NCBI GenBank assembly: GCA_002269645.1
Contig: NIVC01003972.1
Location: 1-64,000 of the forward strand
DNA length: 64,000 bases
Direction: 5' to 3'
From: Macrostomum lignano
Lineage: Eukaryota
Numbering within the stretch: the stretch's first letter is position 1; the number at the start of each line of letters is the position of its first letter. A model generated the notes under the pieces. That model was given only the letters and a program-made list of their open reading frames with translations, was not told the origin of the DNA and searched no databases. This document shows, one piece after another, positions 57,131 through 64,000 of this stretch. The translations under genes were made by a program, and so were the position numbers.

Positions 57131-57216
57131 CTGCTATCGAGATCAGTTCACTTAAGAACTGAGAAAATTTATCAATTGCGTGCTCGCATTATCTATGTAT
57201 AACTTGCGAAATTCTA

Positions 57217-57732
57217 ACGGGTGTCCCAAAAAAGGTAACACTTTGTGCGCTCACTGTGAGTGAGCAGTTAGGCCTATAGCACAGTAATTTAACAGGTCCA
57301 CAGTAAACATTTGTAAGTTTTTCCCACAAACATTTGGTTGCGAAAAATTGCTCCAGAGGCGAGTTATTGAGCACAGAAGTGTACGCTAGCTTTTCTGCCA
57401 AGCTTTGCCATACACAGCTGCCATAGACAATCTTAACGTTTAAGAAATTTAAGAAATTTTAACGTTAGATCAGTCTCAGAGTCTATGCATGCTCTGTCAT
57501 TTTTCTTACGCAAAAGATTGTCTATGGCCTCCGTCTATGGCAAAGCTTAGCAGAGAAGCTAGCGTACACTTCTGTGCTCAATAACTCGCCTCTGGAGCAA
57601 TTTTTCGCAACCAAATGTTTGTGGGAAAAACTTACAAATGTTTACTGTGGACCTGTTAAATTACTGTGCTATAGGCCTAACTGCTCACTCACAGTGAGCG
57701 TACAAAGTGTTACCCTTTTTTGGGACACCCGT
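57217..57732. mobile_element. Foldback MITE of Tc1/mariner type with about 215-bp TIRs and TA target duplication
   Basis: TA|acgggtgtcccaaaaaaggtaacac...gtgttacccttttttgggacacccgt|TA; near-perfect inverted arms. Confidence 0.92.
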
Positions 57733-58270
57733 TATAATCACTGGGGGAGGCAACAATTAAAGACAGACTTTTCAACTGTCTATAGTCCGAATCGGGGGTC
57801 TTTGAAGCAACCTCGGTGCCGCTTTGGCTGCAAATAGGCTCACGCATTCAGCATATGGTGAAGAAAAGGAAGCCTGCGAGCTGAGCAGCGAGCTTTTTGA
57901 GGAACATTGGGAGAGCGTCGCTACCGCAGATGAATCCCTGGGTGAACAGGATAATATATATGCAGCGGAATATTGATGAAGTTTATTGTTGTTCATCTTG
58001 TGTTCTCATACAGCTGCATCGAGTTCTGCTTAAAGTTTAATTCGTTATGTAGCGGAAAATTTCCGGTAAAGAATCGCGAGTTTGGAATTTGTGCAAGACT
58101 TTATTCATTTGCACTGTGCGTGCACAGCAGCAGTTCACTACTGTGAGTTGACTGTGCACTTGCCAGCTGAGGCCATGTGATCGTATTTGAGGAATGTTTT
58201 TTATGATGAGACACAGATAGAGGGTTCTGTTCGATGCTGGAAATCAAAATCTGCAGGTAGAATTTCAGTA

Positions 58271-61088
58271 CTAATGCGCAGCAGGTGCGTTCGGATTGGG
58301 ATAAAGTCCCGGGGCCTGCGGCGGCGGCGGCGGCGGCGGCGGCGGCTGCTGCTGCTGCTGGTAGCTGCCGTACTGCTGCTGCCCGGCTGCGTATCCGGGA
58401 TACCCGACTGGTGCCTGCAGTCGTGAGAAAGCAGAGCGATTGATGCGAATTGCGGTCCGAACTCCATGCGTACCTGTGGCTCTAACTTTGGTGTCCTTGG
58501 CTAACTCTGGTGTCCTTGGCTAGCTCTGGTGTCCATGGCTAACTCTGGTGTCCTTGGCTAACTCTGGTGTCCTTGGCTAACTCTGGTGTCCTTGGCTAAC
58601 TCTGGTATCCATGGCTAACTCTGGTGTCCTTGGCTAACTCTGGTGTCCTTGGCTAACTCTGGTGTCCTTGGCTAACTCTGGTATCCATGGCTAACTCTGG
58701 TGTCCTTGGCTAACTCTGGTGTCCTTGGCTAACTCTGGTGTCCTTGGCTAACTCTGGTATCCATGGCTAACTCTGGTATCCATGGCTAACTCTGGTATCC
58801 ATGGCTAACTCTGGTATCTGTAGGCAGCGCCTCCTATCGTGTGTGTTGGGGTGTTGTTAGCGGCTGCGCCGCGTGACTCTGCTAGCTCAATTCTTATGCG
58901 TACAATATCAAATGTGCATGGTGCGACTTTAGCCACCATTCTGACTCAGCTCAATAATTCAATAAATATACTGATCGCTATTATTCTCGCCTGCAAGCTT
59001 TCGGAAACTATCGACTACAACAAGCAGTCTAGCCTCGTTTCACGCACTACAGTATCCATGGCTAGCTCTGGTATGCATGGCTGACTCTGCTATCCATGGC
59101 TAGCTCTGGTATGCATGGCTGACTCTGCTATCCATGGCTAGCTCTGGTATGCATGGCTGACTCTGCTATCCATGGCTAGCTCTGGTATGCATGGCTGACT
59201 CTGCTATCCATGGCTCTAACTCTGGTTTCCATGGCTAGCTCTGGTATCCATGGCTAGCTCTGGTATGCATGGCTAGCTCTGGTATCCATGGCTAGCTCTG
59301 GTATGCATGGCTGACTCTGCTATCCATGGCTCTAACTCTGGTTTCCATGGCTAGCTCTGGTATCCATGGCTAGCTCTGGTATGCATGGCTGACTCTGCTA
59401 TCCATGGCTCTAACTCTGGTTTCCATGGCTAACTCTGGTATCCATGGCTATCTCTGGTGTCCATGGCTCTAACTCTGCTATCTATGGCTCTAACTCTGGT
59501 ATCCATGGCTAGCTCTGGTATCCATGGCTGACTCTGCTATCCATGGCTAGCTCTGGTATGCATGGCTGACTCTGCTATCCATGGCTAGCTCTGGTATGCA
59601 TGGCTGACTCTGCTATCCATGGCTAGCTCTGGTATGCATGGCTGACTCTGCTATCCATGGCTAGCTCTGGTATGCATGGCTGACTCTGCTATCCATGGCT
59701 AGCTCTGGTATGCATGGCTGACTCTGCTATCCATGGCTCTAACTCTGGTTTCCATGGCTAGCTCTGGTATCCATGGCTAGCTCTGGTATGCATGGCTGAC
59801 TCTGCTATCCATGGCTCTAACTCTGGTTTCCATGGCTAGCTCTGGTATCCATGGCTAGCTCTGGTATGCATGGCTGACTCTGCTATCCATGGCTCTAACT
59901 CTGGTTTCCATGGCTAACTCTGGTATCCATGGCTAGCTCTGGTATGCATGGCTGACTCTGCTATCCATGGCTCTAACTCTGGTTTCCATGGCTAACTCTG
60001 GTATCCATGGCTGACTCTGGTATGCATGGCTGACTCTGCTATCCATGGCTCTAACTCTGGTTTCCATGGCTAGCTCTGGTATCCATGGCTAGCTCTGGTA
60101 TGCATGGCTGACTCTGCTATCCATGGCTCTAACTCTGGTTTCCATGGCTAGCTCTGGTATCCATGGCTAGCTCTGGTATGCATGGCTGACTCTGCTATCC
60201 ATGGCTCTAACTCTGGTTTCCATGGCTAACTCTGGTATCCATGGCTATCTCTGGTGTCCATGGCTCTAACTCTGCTATCTATGGCTCTAACTCTGGTATC
60301 CATGGCTAGCTCTGGTATCCATGGCTGACTCTGGTGTCCATGGCTCTAACTCTGCTATCTATGGCTCTAACTCTGGTATCCATGGCTAACTCTGATATCC
60401 ATGGCTATCTCTGGTATCCATGGCTGACTCTGGTGTCCATGGCTCTAACTCTGCTATCTATGGCTCTAACTCTGGTATCCATGGCTAACTCTGATATCCA
60501 TGGCTATCTCTGGTATCCATGGCTATCTCTGGTATCCGTAATGTTGCAGTATTTGATCACAGCAAGGCATTGAGTGCATCAAATTAACAAAACAATTTTG
60601 CGATTTCCGTATCTAAGCTGCATTAAATTGACAGCGGGCAGGCCCGCGCAGAGCCTCACCTGAGCCTGTGGGGGCGGCTGCCGAAGGTGGGGGGCCGGCT
60701 GCAGCACGGCTCCCTGGGTGGCTCCTCCCTGCTTGCCCGACTTTTTGCACACGCAAACGACGACGGCAACGATGGCAACGACAACACCAACCGAGACGAT
60801 CACGCCAATCACTATGCCGACTATGGCGCCCACTTTCACTGTGTTTTCCACTTCCTCAATATCTTTATCAATGTCGGTATTTTCCGGCTGCGCGTTGTTG
60901 TTCATATTGTTTAGATTGTTGTTGTTTAGATTGTTGTTGTTTAGATTGTTGTTGTTTAGATTGTTGTTATTGCTGCCGTGGAAAAATTGCTTTTGTAATG
61001 TAGGCGAGTACGTGTAGGCACTGATTGTCGGAAGACCCAGACACAGCAGCAGCAATAATATCCGTACATCTTTTGCTTCCGACTTCAT
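58271..61088 (-). CDS. Single-pass membrane protein with Asn-rich ectodomain and Pro/Tyr/Gln-rich tail (Shisa/CYYR1-like architecture); exons 61088-60660 and 58414-58271
   Basis: Signal ILLLLLCLGLPTISA; TM GAIVGIVIGVIVSVGVVVAIVAVVVCVC; phase-0 intron; tail APVGYPGY..PPPPPPPPPQAPGLYPNP. Confidence 0.82.
58480..60540. repeat. About 20-bp minisatellite filling the intron, interrupted at about 58820-59050
   Basis: (atggctaactctggtatcc)n variants. Confidence 0.95.
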
Positions 61089-62249
61089 AATGCTGTGCCG
61101 TTAGAGTTTGCTGGCAACTTGCTGAGATGACGTTGATAGAGCTGAAACTGAGCCTCTGAGTTTGCTTAGTGCTGCAAGTCAGTTGAAAATACGAGTGAGC
61201 GGTTTAAAAAGGAGAGTCTTGGGGCATTTATTGTCTATGGTCCACATGGGAGCTTTATGATAGTAACACTAGTATGGCAAACAAATTGATACCACAATGT
61301 ATGATTATCGAGAGGTCACGCTTCACACACAACTGCCATAGCGTCGAAGCGGGTAGGCCGAGACGCGGTAAGGCAGTTGTGTGTGAAGCGTTACCTCTCG
61401 ATAGTGGAATTGTGTCTATTTTCGTCCAAAAACCAATTCAAAACGGCTATGACACAACTTCCCAGACGGGAATTGTTCCTAAGCGATTCTAGGGATTTGT
61501 GTCATAGGCATTTTCCACTTGGCGCAAGCCAAATGATGGCCATAGACTAAACGTCTGGAACGAAAAATTAAGCGGAACAGTCTGAAATTACCATAGACGA
61601 AACATTTTAAATGAAGTTGTGGTCTTATAAGCTGGAACTCTGCAGCAGAGGATACATGTTCCTGTTTCCTCTCTTTGCCCTAACCTCTATTCATGCCACT
61701 TTTTGAATTTGCCGATTGAAAAGCATTGACGGCTTGAATGGAAATGAGGTCAACTTTCTCAGCGACTTGAGTATGGGTGGACGTGACGAGGTGGATGACG
61801 AAGAGTTGATGGAGTTCATCCGATTCATTGAATGCGGTAACTATGATGCTTGCCCCGAGGATCCCATGCGGAACAAACGATGCAATTCGGCCGATTTGAG
61901 AGTAACGTCTAAAGACATTTTTATATAAATAAGACATTTCTTATTATTTTTCTTTTCGTACATGTATACAATCTGTTTATTCAGCTTTGTTGTATTGAAT
62001 AAAAAATATCCTCGCAAACGCATTGATACAGGAATATACAGATTGCTCATCTGCAAATGGGTATATCCAAATATAACCCGTTGGAATATCCAAAGATGGG
62101 GGCGGCTTGACCATAGACTATTCGCAGATAAGCAATCTGTTATATTCCTGTTTCGATGCCTGAAAGTCACAATCGCAAAAAACCCTCATACAGGAAACTC
62201 AAAACGAAAAGCTTGCAATTCAAAAGTCCTTTGCTGTCATTGCAATCAG

Positions 62250-63720
62250 TGAGTCACCACATCCCCGTACCACTGCGGCGGACGCCCGATTCCTCACTCG
62301 CTCGAGTCGCCGTCGGTGCTCCTTGATGCGGCGACAGCTCTTCAGCCGCCTCCGCCGCCGCTCCTGCCGCAGCCGCGGGTGTCGGAGCCGTCGTGGAGGC
62401 CGGCGCGGGCCACTGCGGCAGTGCTCCTGCCGCCCGCTGCACCCGCAGTCGACGTGCCAACGAGAGCCGTCACTGAGGATCACTGTGGTGGCGCTCGCAA
62501 TACTCGAGATCTCCAGCGGCTCGGACAGCCGGCTGCTCAGCTTGCCACGCGCGAACGGCCGCCTCACGCGCACCCAGTCGCCGACCTTGAACGCCGGCGG
62601 TGGCCTCCTGGCCGAGTTGAGCTTGCTGAAGACTCACTGCTGCTTCTGCCTGATGCTGCCAGCCAGATTGTGCCGCGATGGCGTCCTTGGCTGCAGTGCA
62701 GTCAGCGGAGTTCTGATTTTCCGGCTCGTCATCAGCTCCGCGGGTGACACCCCGTCAGGGCGTGCGGGGAGGCCCGGTATGACCACAGCAGCGCCCTCAC
62801 CGCGTCCTTGAAGCCGTAGCCGTCCTGCAGGTGCGTCTTCAGGCCGTCTTTCAGAAACCGGTTGAAGCGCTCGACTGCAGCGGGTGGTAGTGCGGCGACT
62901 GGCGGTGCTGGATGCTGCAGCGCTGGAGGAAGTCCTTGAAGTCACTGGACATGAACTGCGGCCCGCCGTCCGTGTTGATGCTCTTTGAAAGTCCCAATTG
63001 GCTGAACCACGTCGTTAGGGCGTAGATCACGTCGCTGTGGTCACTGTGGACATGCAGACTGCTCCTGGCCACTTCGAATGCAGGTCGTACAGCACCAGAA
63101 TGAAGCGACATGAGTTCGGCGCCGAATGCAGCTCGCCCAAGCTATCGAGCTGAAGCTCCTTCCAAGGTCGCGTCGCTCTGCTCACTCCGAGGTGCCCAAA
63201 GTGCTGCACTGGCTCTGCCGCTGACGGGGTTCACGTCTTCGTAAGAGTCGTGACGCAAAATATCTCTTTTTTTCTGGGCTTTTCAGCCCGGCAGAGCTCC
63301 CGCTCGTCCACTAAAAGAGTAAATCTTCTTCAGGGGCAGTGGACGGGTGGTGTCACATTCAAAGCTGAAGAGTTGAGAGATTGGGACGTATTCGGATAGC
63401 AAAGCATCCAGCTATCCGACAGTTCGAGCATTGCCGTGAAACCGTCTCTACCCGGCTTGGATTTGCCGGCAGGTCCGAACTGGTAGCCAGCAGCAGGCGG
63501 TGCAGCTCGTCGGCGTTGGTGATGGCGCTGCAAGTTGGGATCCAGGCACTGTGCCGGTGTGTCCGTGTTCGCTCGTCCTCCCCGTAGATGAACTCCAGTC
63601 GAAGGTTTTCAGCATCTCCCAGCTACTGCCCAGACTTGCTGTCGGCTCGTTTGATGTGGAGTGCCTGATCCTCGACGCTCGTCTTCAGGAGTTGGAGCAC
63701 GGTACCGCCGAAAAATTGTA
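62250..63720 (-). mobile_element. Degenerate Ty3/gypsy pol fragment (RT/RNase H junction and integrase)
   Basis: HFGHLGV, RPWKELQLDSLG, FILVLYDLHSKWP, NTDGGPQFMSSDFKDFL; many frameshifts. Confidence 0.82.
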
Positions 63721-64000
63721 GGCTATATAATAAATTATGAAAAATACCCAAGTAAATGACTCGATTCCAGATGGCTACTTTAAATAGTTAATTTCGTGTT
63801 AGAGCTTTTATAATATTTCTTTTATAACTGGCATACATTAGTAGAAAAATAGAACAAACAAGCTGAAAAGGGATGCATTCAAAACTGTTATTTTAATTTT
63901 ATCGATGATTTGTTATAGTAGCCTAGAAAACGAGCTTGCCATGCAAAGCATGTCTAAGATATAAGCTCATGTGAGACCATAGTCACTTAGAGAGTCTGGA

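Noticed and set aside
61680-62252. Possible transposase fragment (YPNITRWNIQRWGRLDHRLF)
   Set aside because: Protein-like, but no diagnostic motif I can name; short and interrupted.

Overview
Eukaryotic (animal) genomic DNA. GC-rich exons, minisatellite-filled introns and the gene content suggest a free-living flatworm such as Macrostomum; this is inference, not verified. 1-~12.0 kb is the right part of an endogenous Polinton/Maverick (adintovirus-type) element: packaging ATPase, adenain-like protease, protein-primed PolB, rve integrase, pX-like and parvovirus-type PLA2 proteins, and subterminal repeats. Capsid genes were not found and presumably lie left of the window. Host genes follow: a WSC+PAN-like gene, a divergent 2-exon GPCR, a 13-exon BLTP3/UHRF1BP1-like lipid-transfer gene (minus strand, 44296-20616, 1224 aa reconstructed), a head-to-head 5-exon J-domain gene, a PPxY membrane protein, a LITAF-domain gene and a Pro/Tyr-rich single-pass membrane gene with a truncated paralog. 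Introns and intergenic DNA hold a full-length RNase H-encoding LINE (LOA/I-like), a related LINE 5' fragment, two Ty3/gypsy fragments, a Crypton-like recombinase fragment, a Tc1/IS630 transposase remnant, a foldback MITE and about 20 minisatellites. The most notable unannotated signal is an HDV-like self-cleaving ribozyme fold starting exactly at the LINE 5' end (28279-28522), with a degenerate homologous core in the second LINE. All of this is read by eye; no database searches or folding programs were run.
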